From Callorhinchus milii (taxonomy: Eukaryota), in assembly GCF_018977255.1 (NCBI RefSeq), contig NW_024704742.1:34040001-34104000 (forward strand): a stretch of DNA of 64,000 bases. The letters are read 5' to 3'. Below, piece by piece: positions 13,673-26,650 of this stretch; the first letter of the stretch is position 1, and each line of letters opens with the position of its first letter. The notes under the pieces are model-generated. The model was not told where the DNA came from, searched no databases, and saw only the letters and a list, made by a program, of their open reading frames with translations. The position numbers were made by a program, and so were the translations under genes.

Positions 13673-16600
13673 CTTGAAACGGATGTGAACTTAAGTGAAG
13701 TTACATTTTACTTCATAGTTATTACATGCTGTAAATATTAGTACAAAGTAACACATAGTCAGGGTGGATTACCAATGTGTATGTGGTCTGTCACTAGTTT
13801 CTATATAGAAGATTGCCTGTCCACACTGTTCAAATAGTGACCCTGAAATAACAGAACTACAAATTACAAATACAACCATCACTGACTTGATGGCCTGTTG
13901 TTTTATGTACTGTATAATGTCATGAATAGTTTCCTGGATCCAAGGATTCAAGTACTGTACAGTCTCAGGTTGTGTAATAAAAAGTAAAAGTAATTAAAAA
14001 AATAAACAACTTTACAAAGTAAACAAACCAAATTGTCCAAATAGCAGTAATACATCAACAGGCAGTTAGAAAGAAATTTGCTCACTTACTTACCTGTCAA
14101 GGACTGGATGATTTAGAGTAGCTCCTCAATTGGCCTTTCAAATTGGCCTTTCTTGTAACCCCAATGACATTTGCCAGAGTTGTAGGAGAGGCAGGAGCAC
14201 TATTAGAAAATGCGCTCGTTCTTTTTTGCAAGAAAGTAATTGTGTCAGAGTTGGCAGCATTTTTTAAAAGTTGAGAATTATTTTTCAGTACAGAATTAAT
14301 CTTCACAGGAATTACAATCGATTCTCAATTCTAAGGAATTCAACGTCGCAGAGTTCAGAACACATTACTTTGCTCCACAGTTAAAAGTGCACAAAGTATC
14401 ATTTCCGAAAGCTTTGGTTAATCCCGAGGATGTGTTCCATTCAGAAGTTGCAAACTGAAAGTCACAGCTCTGAAATTCAATTTAAAATTATTGGGAAAAA
14501 AAAACCAAAGCTGAAGGCTGACAAAGGCTGTTTTGCGACTGACATTTTGCCTGCTGACCTTTTGTCAGGCATTTAGGGATTTTCTTGAGCCTGCTTCATC
14601 TTGCACCAGTGTGTGCTGTATGGAGTGCATCAAACCTCTGCACTCCAAGAGCCAAGAGACTCATAGAAGTTACACACTGGAAGAGGCCATTTGGCCTATT
14701 GATCCCATACTGGTGCTAGCTCCCCCACTGGAACTATCTACTTTCAATCCCAAATCCCTATTCTATCCCTGAATCAATAGACAGTTGCTTTAAAAAGAGG
14801 AGTAACTTCAGATGCATTATTTGCACTAGTTATTTTTCATGCATTCACAGTGGAATAATAATACAACAAATTACATTTGTATATTGCCTTTTATGTCAAG
14901 AGGAGGTCTCAAGGCACCCCAAGGCTCTATTATTATTAATAATAAATAATAATAATATAAGTACATTTCTTCTTGTGTTTTGGTCAACATTACTCCAAAC
15001 TAATTATTAATTTCATGATGTTTGTGAGGCATTTCTGTGTGCAAATTGGCTACCTCTGTTGATCTGTCAAGCAGAAATTCATTATTCAAAGTAAGCTGGG
15101 AAGGCCCTAATATAAGATGTAAATTATCAAATATTCCCATTTCATTTAGTATTAAACAACATAAAATGAGTGAGCAACTTGTATTTGCATAATGCCCTTG
15201 ATACAGCATAATGGTGGGATGCTGAGCAAGGGAGGAGAGGGAGGTGTCCATATCTGAAAACAGGGAAGAAAATGATTTGCTGGGTGGGTACTAAGAGCAT
15301 AAGACAGTGAGGGTGTTTGCACTGGATTGCTGGTGGTAAGCCCTGAGCTTTCCCTTGTCAAATGCACGTTTACATATAAGCTCATTTCATCAGTGATATT
15401 GCATTTGTATTGGTGGATTGCTCTAAACTAAAACAGAGATACCTGCGGAAAAGCATATAAAATACCAAAGAGGAAAACAGATGCGGTTATGTTCTGGAGC
15501 ACAGTTTCTATTTGCACTTCGGTAAATGGGTTTGGCTAAAGCACTCGGCACATGGACTGTGTCAATCAAATGTAAGGGCAGGCTGAAGTTATCTGCACAT
15601 CTTCACTGTATATCATTCAGATCGAGGTGCCTGGGACAATGGAAAGGATAGTTTTACAATGATGGCAAACTGAGCAGTGGCACTCAACCCCTAATTATAT
15701 TTTGCTCTCTCTTTTTATCACAAAGCATAAATCCAAGCGATTTGAAGGACTGGCTCTTTCAAAACATAATAAAACAATTCCAATTTGCAGGGCTGTGCCT
15801 GTTTGCTGGTAATCTCTTGCTTGTAACTGCAAAAAGAGATTCCTCTCTATTTACCAGTGCAGTAAATGTTCAGGAAAGATATCGACCGCTGGGCTTCATT
15901 GGCTGCGGTCCTTCAAGAAATAATCGACTTATTGTCATTTTGCAATAACGTTTGTTCAGGAGTCCATTCTTTAGGGTGGGAAAGTGTGTAACATTTTTGA
16001 AAATGTGCAGAACTATTAAGTCCCCAGCAACCTCCCAGTCCAAACAATGCTTTTAAATCTCATGAATACATTTTAGCTCTTTCGCATGCAACATTTAATG
16101 AAGAGTTGGTTCTTCAATGAAAAATCCTAACAAATAAAACAATCTAAGAATGAGAACCATATCTCATCGGAAACCCTGCAGTCTTTCCTTTCTCCCTCCC
16201 CCTCCCACCTCCTCTATGGTTCATCTGGCAATTAATGCCCAAGCTGTTTCATTTCCTCACACAGCAGATGCTTATATTATCCAGTCAGATTATCAATTCC
16301 AGCTTTGTTTACTTTTCCTAGAGTCCCTAGAGAAAAACCTGCAATAACTGTGTGCTTCTGAACCTCCGGATAGACTGGAGCATCGTGAATGCCAGCCAAT
16401 GCATTCATTCAAATCTCTCTTGCCACCCCTTATTGGGCAGTGTTCAAATGCTGTGCATTGGAAAGAGTGGCGTAGTAAAAGTAACTGTGCAATAACATAA
16501 TAGTGTTGGGTTCTGGGCAATGAGCAGAATAAGACCACCTTATTCTTTATAGTCCACCTTGAATTAAGGACCCGAGAACAGAGGAACCATAGACACTCAG

Positions 16601-17214
16601 CAACTCATGCTTTGAAAATTCTTTACTTAACAAGAAATGTAAAGTTTCTTAGTTCAATTCTCACAAATACAACAGACAGGTCAATAGCATAGACACATGT
16701 CTGTATCAAAGTCCAGTTGGTAAATTCACAAACAGCAGGTAAAAGTCTTACATCAGACAAAAAGTCTCTTGCTTCAGACCAGAAACCTCTTGCTTGGGGT
16801 TTGTTGATTACAAAGTCAATGTTTAAACCTTCAGTGGTGTACAGCTGAGCTGTGTACTTTCCTTGACAGTTGGAATACATTGGTATTCTTCTCTTCCCAT
16901 TACTTTTCAAATGATTTCAGTTGTGCTGGAATTTCTGCAGTTTTCCTTCTTCCTGAAATTGATTCAACGAAAGTTAATGAAATGATGGAACAGTCCAAGT
17001 CTGACAGATTTTAAACACAAAGACAATGCACTTGCTTTACCACTTCATATCATCACATAAAAGGTGGCTCTCGTGTGTACAGCACCTGATATGCTATGTC
17101 GTAGTATAATTCAACCATCCAACTTTTCTAATCGATTTTCCACAGTCAAGGTGAGAATGTAATATCTTTGCATTCTCATGTCCATGAAGCAATTATCTCA
17201 CATAAAATAATAAT

Positions 17215-18024
17215 AACAACAACAACCTGCACTTATATAGCAACCTCCATGCAGGGTAGCATCTCAGAGCGCTTAACAGTGATGGAGCCTGACTCCAACC
17301 CGGGAGGAAGGAGGAGGTGGCCGTTAGCACAGTCGAAGAGAAAAGATTTCAGGCAGGACTTGAAAGACGGGAGAGAAGGGGCAAGGCAGGGGGATTGAGG
17401 GAGAGTGTTTCAGAGTTTTGGGGCTTAGTGGCAGAAATCGTGACCTCTGAGAGGCCGGCGGGTGCGAGCAGGAGTCCGATGCCAGTCAAGCAGAGGTGTC
17501 GGGTGGGGATTGGGGAGTGAGGAGGTCAGAGAGGTAGGGACGTGCCAGGGAGTGAATGGATTTGAACACAAGCGTGAGGATGTTGAAGTTGATTCATTTG
17601 GTGATGGGGAGCCAGTGGAGCCTGGCCAGAAATGGTGAGATGTGAGTACAGAGTTTGGTCCGGGTCAGTATGCGGGTGGCAGAGGTTTGAATAAGCTGGA
17701 TCTTGTAAATGGTGGAGCTGGGGAGACCGGCGAGGGGTGTGTTGGAGTAATCCAGGTGGGAGGTGACAAACGCATAAACAAGGGTTTCGGCTGCATTTTG
17801 GGTAAGGTATGGTCAGAGGTGGGCAATGTAGCAGAGGTGGAAGAAGGCGGTCCTAGTCAGGGACCGAATGTGGGGGAAGGACAGCTGGGGGTCGAACCGG
17901 ACGCCTAGTTTGCGCGCTGGTTTAGTGAGTCTGAGAGAGCCCAGGGAGGTTGCGGAGTTTAGATCCATAGGAGTGAAGATGTTAACGGGAGCCAAGAAGT
18001 ATGTCTTCCATCTTGTCCACATTC
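17215..18024 (-). mobile_element. L2 LINE, 3' part of ORF2 and tail (first segment)
   Basis: Minus strand encodes L2 RT C-terminal motifs (LGVRFDPQLSF, LDYSN, LHWLP) and ends in a (GTT)n tail. Same subfamily as 46421-47180. Confidence 0.92.
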
Positions 18025-18336
18025 GTGGAGTCCTTTGGCTCAGTGGTTAGAGCACTCGCCTTGCAAGCGAGACACCTGGGTTCAATTCCAGGCAGGGCGA
18101 AACCTTGGGCAAGTTTCCTTACTCCACACGCCTAATAATAATCCCTCCAAAAAACAATACAATAATAAATTTTATTTTCAATCCATGACTGTTTGTGGGT
18201 CACTGCTGTGCGCATTTGGCTGCCGCGTTTCGCCCACAAATGTACAGTCAAATTCACTTTAGCATATTCTGTGAAGTGCTTTGAGACATATAAAGGCGTG
18301 AAAAGCGCTATATCAAATGCAAGGATTATTATTATT
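18025..18336 (+). mobile_element. Young tRNA-Ala-headed SINE, short subfamily, inserted in L2
   Basis: Full head to (ATT)n tail. It splits the L2 reading frame NFLQL/NVDK. Confidence 0.95.
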
Positions 18337-18860
18337 AACTGCAGGAAGTTTGAACTCATTCAGGCACTGATGTCTTCCAGACAAGCTGATAGGGCATCGG
18401 TGGACCTGGAGTTGGTACTGTAGGAGGCAAAGTAGATTTGTGTGTCATCCGCATACATGTGGAAGTTTACCCCGTGTCTGCTGATGACATCGCCCACAGA
18501 GAGCATATAGATAAGGAAACGAAGAGGGCCAAGGATGGAGCCTTGGGGTACCCTGCAGGTGACCAGGCAGGGGCGGGAGGAAAAACCATTTGCTGAGATG
18601 AAGTGGAGGTGGTTGGTTAAGTAGGACTCGAACCATGCGAGTGCGGTCCCACTAAGGTAGATGAGGGAGGAGAACTGATGGAGGAGGATGGCATGGTTGA
18701 ATGGGGCAGAGAGATTCAGGAGGATGAGGAGGCAGAGGGAGCCCTGGTCACAGATAGAGAGAATGTTGTTTGTGACTTTGACAAGCGCTGTCTCTGTGCT
18801 ATGTGCAGAGTGAAAACCAGACTGCAGGGGCTCGAGGAGGGAATGAAGGGAGAGGTGTGA
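18337..18860 (-). mobile_element. L2 LINE RT core (second segment, 5'-truncated)
   Basis: Minus strand encodes GVPQGSILGP (~18525-18555) and NFHMYADDTQIY (~18432-18467). Confidence 0.92.
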
Positions 18861-19149
18861 ATTGTTAATACACCTGCAGAATTGTTATAGAAAACATCTT
18901 TAACACAAACATAAATTTGCTATGGGAAAACCTCTTCAACTACCCTCATCGTTAACACAACACTTAATTAAAGCATGTATTTGTTGTGGAAAACATCTTC
19001 AACAACTTTCAGCTAAAATAAACAAGTCGTCTTAAGATTTTCCTAGCTACATCATCATTTTTAACCACTAATCAAACTGATGTTTGTACCTAATTTGTAG
19101 GTCTTGTGAGCAGGTACTCAGGTGTGTCTTAAGAAGGACTTTAAGAAGT

Positions 19150-19545
19150 CTATTTGGAGGTCAGTCTTATTTCCGACTGCTTTGGGGGCAGATAATAACT
19201 GAGGCAAACTCCCAACAGCCGGTAAGGAATCCTATTCTGAATCTTGTGCTAAATTTAATTTGGTTTGGTGGATTTAGGTGACAAGGAATATTTCTTAAAC
19301 ACCTTGCTCTTCTTAGAGATGTTATGGGATCTATGATATCTGCCTGAGTTATTGGAACAGGCAGGTGAGACCTCAGTTTTAGCATCTTACCTGAAGGACA
19401 CTACCTCCGACAATTTTATTGTCTTTGTCTTTACTGCACTTGAATGTTAATCTGGATAATGAACTCAATTGCTCGTGTCAGGCTGAAATCCACAGCGTTC
19501 TGACCCGGTGATGGGAGAATGCTGTAAACTGAGCAAGTCTGACCG
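19150..19545 (-). mobile_element. DeuSINE-type SINE, old copy
   Basis: Decayed reverse complement of the head (ggtcagacttgctcagttt) and central Deu-like block. Confidence 0.65.
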
Positions 19546-20099
19546 CAGGCTTTATTTTTGCGAAACAATTACCTTAAGGCTAAATTGCAACTGAGTAACA
19601 ATAAAGGTAGGGTTTTCCTTCCATATTTCTCATCTTTGGATATTACCTGAAGAATTTACTCACCTCCCTTTCTCTTCGGCTTGGCGTCAAATTAAGCCAT
19701 TGTTTAACATTCCACGATGCTACCCCACAAGAAGGGAGCTATTTAAATGCAAGTTGTTGTTGTTCAGTTAATTATAGTGCTAACATATTCAATCCTTTAG
19801 AACTTGGGAGTTAAATGTGATTGATTAATTTCTTATGGGATTCCTTGATAGAGATTCTGAGTTTGTGATCTTTCCATTAACCAAACGTTCATCCCATTTG
19901 AAATTGTTTGTATTTAGATCCATTCTTTTCTTGAGTCTCTGATTTCACAATCTGGCTGAAGATTCTGATCTAACAGTGCTGATTATTCTTGTGCAGCGTT
20001 CAGGGACAAGAGAGTTTCTGCTACTCTTAAGTTTGAACCACTCTACAGCAATTCTAAGCTGTATCCATCCAACTTCTTTCTCATTTGATTCAGAAAGTT

Positions 20100-20320
20100 T
20101 CTGGGGTATGCTGCATTTTTGGAGGTGCCATTGTTTGGATGAGACATTAATCCAAGACCTGTCTGCCTGTTCAGGTGGACATTAAAGATCCTATGGCACT
20201 ATTTGAAAAGAGAAGGGAATCTCTCCCAGTTTGCTGGCCAACAATTCCCCCAAATAAAATTTACTTCATGGCTGTTTGTGGAAGAAACTGTACCAAATAT
20301 AACGATTACTATTATTATCA
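20100..20320 (+). mobile_element. DeuSINE-type SINE, partial
   Basis: ggatgagacattaatccaagacctgtctgcctgttcaggtggacattaaagatcctatggcactatttgaaaagagaaggga block. Confidence 0.8.
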
Positions 20321-21143
20321 TTTCTTCCATTATGTCCAAGGTCACCTCATCTTTCCCCCTCTCCCCTGTTCGAAGTTCAATCCCACCACTGAAAAGCACA
20401 CCAAGACATTATCCTACCTGAAGTGCTCTACATAAATATGTTGTTGTTGTTGTTGTTGTTATTGTAGGCTTGTCTCCCTTGTGATTCAGTGGATGCCTCC
20501 AAGAATTTTTCTCCTAGCTATCACTGCCTATGGTCTTTCATAATCCAAATTCTCCGCAAATTCAAATGTATTGGGGATGCATCCCATTACTGTTGTTCAA
20601 CCCTGCTGGCACATTTACTGACACGACATTCACTTCATTTCTAATTGATCTTGTTCTGTAAAATGCTTTGAGATGTCTCTTTTACAGGAAAAAAAGATTG
20701 GAATAGAAACTTATTCCTGAACATATTTCAGCAAAAATTCTAAAATGTAACAGATATTTTGGAGAAGTTAAAATCAACTTTCTCATTCTAGGTTTCAGGC
20801 AATGATTATAAATTACGTGAACTTCATTCTTTGGGTTTCTAACGGCAGCTGTGAGGTTGTTCCTTGCTATTGCCCCTGTTTTCTATTATTCTCTTTCTCT
20901 ATTTTTAACCTAGCTGCTGCCAGCATAATGCACACAGAAGATGATCAGCTTTTGTTTGCGCTGTCGTATTACGTGCAGTCACTGTAGAAAATCATTGCAC
21001 TGAATGCTTCTTCTTTGTTCCCGAGACTCAGTTTAGAAGCACGTTCAGCTTCAGCCCATCACGGTGTTGTATTTGTTTGTTAAAAAACCTTATAAATGCA
21101 GTTGCTACTCTTTAATGCTGTCTGCAGAAAATATTTCATTCCT

Positions 21144-21443
21144 TGGAGTCCTGTTTGCATTCTCCACACAGGCAAGTTTGCATACTCCACACTCAACAGC
21201 AATAAGAAAGAATCCGGATGTTTATCGATTGGTGGATTGTTTTCTGGGAATAATAATCCCTTCCGAAAAATAATAATAATTTGATCACTCAATCCACTGT
21301 TTGTGGGACACAACTGTGTGCAATTGGCTGTCGTGTTTTTGCCCACAAAATACACAGTCAATCCACTTTACAATATATGCTGTGAAGTGCTTTGAGATGT
21401 CTCAACTAAGTGATAAGATGTTATATCAAATGAAGTATTATTA
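21144..21443 (+). mobile_element. tRNA-Ala-headed SINE, older copy with deleted head
   Basis: Starts tggagtcctgt, then ggcaagtttgcatactccacac, the 3' block and the tail. Confidence 0.8.
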
Positions 21444-21509
21444 TAGGGTTATTAGCAGCACTGTGCCCAAGTCAAAGTGCACAGGGTAGATTGAAGAAAA
21501 GATTCAGTT

Positions 21510-21850
21510 TGGCCAATGTCTTAGTTGGTAAAGACACTGCCTCATGTGAAACCGAGTCATACAAACCAGGTAGGCCTTAAATCGAATCCCCAGCCCATCA
21601 ATTTGAGCTGGGGAGGCAGTAAAGAATTGACCTGAATGCTCCCTTGGCTATGGAATGGAAATGTCAACCAGAATTCAAGATCCTGAATCCTGTTATCCCA
21701 TGATTACTGCTGAAAAGTGCACATGTGTGGAAGTTGGGTGAAGGCATGATAAGGCTTGGCTGTTATACCCCCCACAACCCCTGCCGCCCACCTCTGTGGG
21801 TCTGTACCCAGGGCCAGCTATACCTTTAGGAGAGGAGGGAGAAAAATAAG
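21510..21850 (+). mobile_element. Putative ancient tRNA-headed SINE of a third family
   Basis: A-box-like tgtcttagttggtaa and B-box-like aaatcgaatccc, followed by a body unrelated to the other SINEs and a purine-rich end. Resembles a chondrichthyan repeat from memory; unverified. Confidence 0.45.
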
Positions 21851-23025
21851 AAAGGGAAAGAAATAAAATGATTCAGACAAAGGGCAGGCAGTTTGATCCT
21901 ACTAAAATTTCACAAAGGAACAAGGGACAAGGTGCTTTCCTGAAAATACATGACTGCCTCTTCCCACATTACATCAGATACTGCATAAAATTACAACTTC
22001 CTAAATCCTGGTTTTCTCTCTGATGTTAGTACTTTACTGATGTATTCAAATGTTATGTATTTTTTAATCCCCAATTTCTCTCTCGCATGTACCCAGTCAG
22101 ATTACAGATACCCAAGAGTACCTCTCTGATGTATTGAGGGGATGATGCTCTGTCTGGTGTTATTTTAATGTACTTCGACAATGAACGTATTTAATGGTAT
22201 TTTCCATTTTGGATGCACATCATAGTCATTGTGCTAAAGTTACTGCTATAATCACTCCCTCAATTTGTGTGAAATCCTAGTTGATACAACAACGCCATTT
22301 AACTGTCAAGTAGCACCATCTTGAAAACAGTGTGCTCAGAAATAACCACAGATTGATTCTGGTGCATGTGAAACTCAGAAAGCGTAACCGCCTGTCTATT
22401 TACTGATTTATTAAAGATATTTATACAGGATATCCCAGTTAAGCTTGACAGCTTAATTTTGGTGGGTTGTTGCTGAAAGCTGGCTGACAGACACAACACA
22501 GGAGGGAAAGTAGATGATATGCAGATCGATGTAGTACCATCACTGACACTTTGAATTCCTCAGTTTTAGTGCTTCTGTCTCAATTTCTGCTGAGAATTTG
22601 TCGGTGCAGAGAAAGGCCAGCAGGTGGTAGCATCCTTTATTGAATCAGGCTGCCAACCTTTCCCCCCATGTTAGAGCTCACTCTACTGGCCACAAGCAGA
22701 ACAATTGCTTACAGTCCAAGGCTGGGCATACTTTTGCAAGGAATGAATTGTGCTTATCCTTTGCCAAAATAAGTAGGGAAAGGGATATTAAGTGACCACA
22801 TTTAATCCTGAGATAGTAACGTACACATACAGTCTAACTTAGAGTACTGTAGCTGCATTCAGATGCCCAATTGAAAACAATATCTGTAATGCCTTATTGT
22901 TGTTTACCAAAAGAATCTTAAAAACAAAATGAAGTCACACATTTAAAGGGGACTGTAGTTGTTTCAGTGAGAAGGAGGGGACTTAACTCACTTGTTTGTG
23001 CATGTGCTCTGACCAATGTTGTTCT

Positions 23026-23380
23026 AATAATAATGATTCTTGCATATGATATAGCGCCTTTTCATGTCATTCAGACGTCTCAAAGCGCTTCACAAGATAT
23101 ACTGTAAAGTGGATCGATTATGAATTTTGCTGAAGAAATGTAGAATTCAGTTGTGCACAGATAATGTCCCACAAATAGCCATTGAATGAGTGACCAGTTT
23201 TATTTGGGGATTGTTGTCGAGGACACTGGGATGTTTAATGTCCATCTGAACAGGCAGATGGGACCTCGGTTTAATGTCTTATTCGAAGGACGACACCTCC
23301 GACAATGCAACACCCCCCAGCACTGCATTGGAGTGTCACCTTAGACTATGTGATGCCAAGTGCTAATATGGAGCTGCTGT
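23026..23380 (-). mobile_element. DeuSINE-type SINE
   Basis: Tail taataataatgattcttgcat plus the reverse complement of the central block. Confidence 0.85.
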
Positions 23381-23944
23381 AACACGATTACCACAATGAC
23401 GACAACATTTTATAATGGTGTCTTTTTTTCCTGAAATGAATTTTCTCTGCAACTTACAAAAATGGATCGAAAGGACAAAAAACCTGATGACAACACTTGG
23501 TTGGATTACAATGGTGAATGAAAAAACCTTTCTCTCTATTTAACATTCAAGTCAGTGAATTGCAGAAATGTTATTTAAGATGACAGTTCTTTTCCATTCA
23601 TTCCTCTGAAACCCAGCACTGTGTATGGTAAAGGATACCAGCTCAATGCGTCAGTTTAACACCTTAGATTTGCAAACTAGTTATTAGCAACTTAGTTATA
23701 GCTATGCCAAATGTCTTATTTCTATTCCTTCAAGGAAGTGGTACGTCGGCAGTAGCTTCGTTTATAGTTCAACAGAGGCCCCCTTCTCTGCTTTCAAAAT
23801 GCTTCTAAAAATCTTGTGCCTATAGTTAACTCTCTCCTACCTCCCTGTTTTACATCTTGTGCGGGCTTCCACTCTGTCTCTGTAAAGTATTTTCAAGACA
23901 TTATCCTCCATCATGAAAGATACTGCATAAATTCAAATTAGGAT

Positions 23945-24280
23945 TTTGAACTCATAGTCCATGCTGACACTGTAATATAATGCAGTGGGAGCGCGGCAAT
24001 GTTAGAGGTGTCTTGAATGGGATGTTAAACTTAAGTCCCATCTGCCTGTTCAGGTGGTTGTTAATATATGAAAGGAGAAGGGAGTTTCTCCTACTGTCCT
24101 GGTTAATAATCCTCCAGATAAAAGTGATCATTCACTTGATGGCTGCCTGCAGGTCATTGCTGTGTGCGAATTGGCTATGTTCACCAGTCGCTACCTTTTA
24201 CAGTAAAATCCTGTGAAGCACTTTGAGATGGTTTAATGATGTGTTAACGCGCTATATTGAATAGCATTATTTATTATTAC
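23945..24280 (+). mobile_element. DeuSINE-type SINE
   Basis: Central block (cccatctgcctgttcaggtgg) through a decayed tail. Confidence 0.75.
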
Positions 24281-25578
24281 ACTTGCTGTCTAAACTTGCC
24301 TTCATAATCCCAAAACAAAATAATAATAGTCGTTGCATTTGGTATGGTGTCTTATCACGTTGTCAAGACACCTCAAAGCATTTTAGAGAATATACTGTAA
24401 AGTGGATTTGACTCTCAAAAATCTTCCAAACAGTCGGCTTAACCAATGCTTCCCCTGGCTCTGCAGGTTAAATATCAAAGAATGTTTGCATAATTGTTGC
24501 ATGATCCCAGCAAGACTCTCAGTCTCATACCCCAGTGCAGCTTCAGGAGAAGGTTATCATTGCTGCATAATGGATCATTCAGACCATGGTGCGCAACTTG
24601 AAAAGTTTGTTTATTTAAACAGGATTTAAATTCCACAGGGTTTTCCTTACAAAATAAGAAGATATCAAATTGTGAGCACGTTCGGAAGACTGGAATATTA
24701 GAGGACTTAATGAACTGTGTGAATCAAAACCTTAAGAGTTCTAGCCAGACTCCATTCATCAATTATCTGAAATAAAATCTCTCATATGTATTTCAGTGGA
24801 GGACATCTTCCAAGACCTTAACGACGGGGTTAGATGAATTATAACTCAGAACTGATCAGGAATTATAACCATGTACATATCCTACTTCACATAGTCATAT
24901 GCATACACACTGCACCCAATTCTGCCTCTTCTCCATTATATTTGACACATTAAACATGGGGCTTGTCTTCACGGAGATACAGTATAAGTGCGGATACAGC
25001 ATATGGGCTTTTTTTTTGACTTTCTAAGTTTTGTTGACATTAATAGCAGGAAGAAGACAATTATATGCACATCGCAAACCTACTGCAAACATTCAGTATA
25101 GGTCCAGCTCTGAAGGAAGCAGTCAACTATTGCAATCCTTCCTGTATGAGAATCTGATACCGCTCTAAAAGCCTCTTGCTGATTTTCAATGATTAGATGT
25201 ACATCAGTATTACATCCCACAAATCCACCAGTTTCACATAAAGCTTAAAAGGGATGAATATTGATCTTCTAAAGAGGATTTTTTTTTCGCTCTATCCAAA
25301 GATCAACTGCTGCAAGCTTTTGGAGGATCTGTTCAGCTCTTCCAGTGAAAAGCTACTGCACACACAACTGTGGACTTGACATTTTGTTCTGGAAGAAAAC
25401 CAAACAGTAAATTCAGCTCAATAATCCTAGATAAATGAGATGATCACTGAAGGAGCTAAGTCGGTAAAGTGGTCCCTATAAAAGTCCATAGATGATAAAA
25501 AGAGAGAAAGAAATCTATGAAACAAATCTAAATTATAGGGATTTTGTCAGTCTTGGGATCATGGTTCTTTCTCACTCG

Positions 25579-25910
25579 GTGTCAGCCTGGCTCAGTTGGT
25601 AGCACTTTCGCCTCGAAGTCAGAAGGTTGAAGGTTTTAGCCCCATGTTGGTCACTGAACTCATAATCTAGGCTGATGCTCCAATGTGGTGCTGGAGAATG
25701 CTGCATGGTCACACATGACATCTTTTGGGTGAAACATTAAACTAAGACCCCATCTGCCTGTTTGGTGGATGTTAATGATCCAATGACGCTATTTGGAAAG
25801 AAAAGGAACATATCCTGATAGCCTGGCCATTGATCTTCTAAATAAAAAGTCACTTACTTTGTTATTTGTGGAATATTGCTGCACTCAAATTGTCTGCCAT
25901 ATTCACCTAC
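25579..25910 (+). mobile_element. DeuSINE-type SINE with intact head
   Basis: gtgtcagcctggctcagttggtagcactttcgcctcgaagtcagaagg head (A box tggctcagttgg) and Deu-like body. Confidence 0.85.
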
Positions 25911-25911
25911 A

Positions 25912-26225
25912 AATAATAATAATCATTGCATTTAGTATAGTGCCTCTCGTTTGGATAATGTGCAGTGACTATATATTTTGTAGAGGAACGCAGCAGGCAA
26001 TTTATGCACTGCAATATCCCACAAGCAGTCATGAAGTAACGGACAATTTTATTCTGAGGGATTGCTGAGCAGGACACCAGAGTAAATTCCATTCTTTTTT
26101 CAAACAGTGCCATGGGATTTTTAATGTTCACGTGAAAGGGCAGACAGGACCTCGGTTAACATCGCATTTCCAAAAATTTAGTGCACCCTCAGCACTGTAT
26201 TGGAGTATCAGCCTTGGCTGTAGAC
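25912..26225 (-). mobile_element. DeuSINE-type SINE, inverted relative to the adjacent copy
   Basis: (AAT)n tail at 25912 followed by the reverse-complement body. Confidence 0.85.
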
Positions 26226-26326
26226 TTCCAAACATTTCAAGTCACTCCTTATCAATATATTGCGCATCAATGAACAGTTTTCTGAAATGAAAGTATGATT
26301 AGGTTCCGTATTTTTCTTATAAAATT

Positions 26327-26650
26327 TTCATGACGTCTCAAAATGTTTCACAGACTATACTATAATCTGAATTGAATGTGTATTTTGTGGGTGAAATGCG
26401 CAGCCAATTGCGCACAGCAGTGTCCCACAAACATTCGTGGATTGAGTGACAAGATTTTTTTAAGGGATTATTACCCCCTGGGAAAAGAGATCTGCCAATT
26501 AACTAACAACCGGGTTCCTATTTGCTGCTAGGTAAACAGAGGCATGTGGAGTAAGAAAACTTGCCTAAGGTTTCGCCCTGCCTGGGAATCGAACCCAGAT
26601 CCTTCCGCTTGTGAAGCGAGTGCTCTAACCATTAAGCTACAGGACACCAC
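26327..26650 (-). mobile_element. tRNA-Ala-headed SINE, long subfamily
   Basis: Reverse complement of the 10333-10702 type. The extreme tail is missing. Confidence 0.9.
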
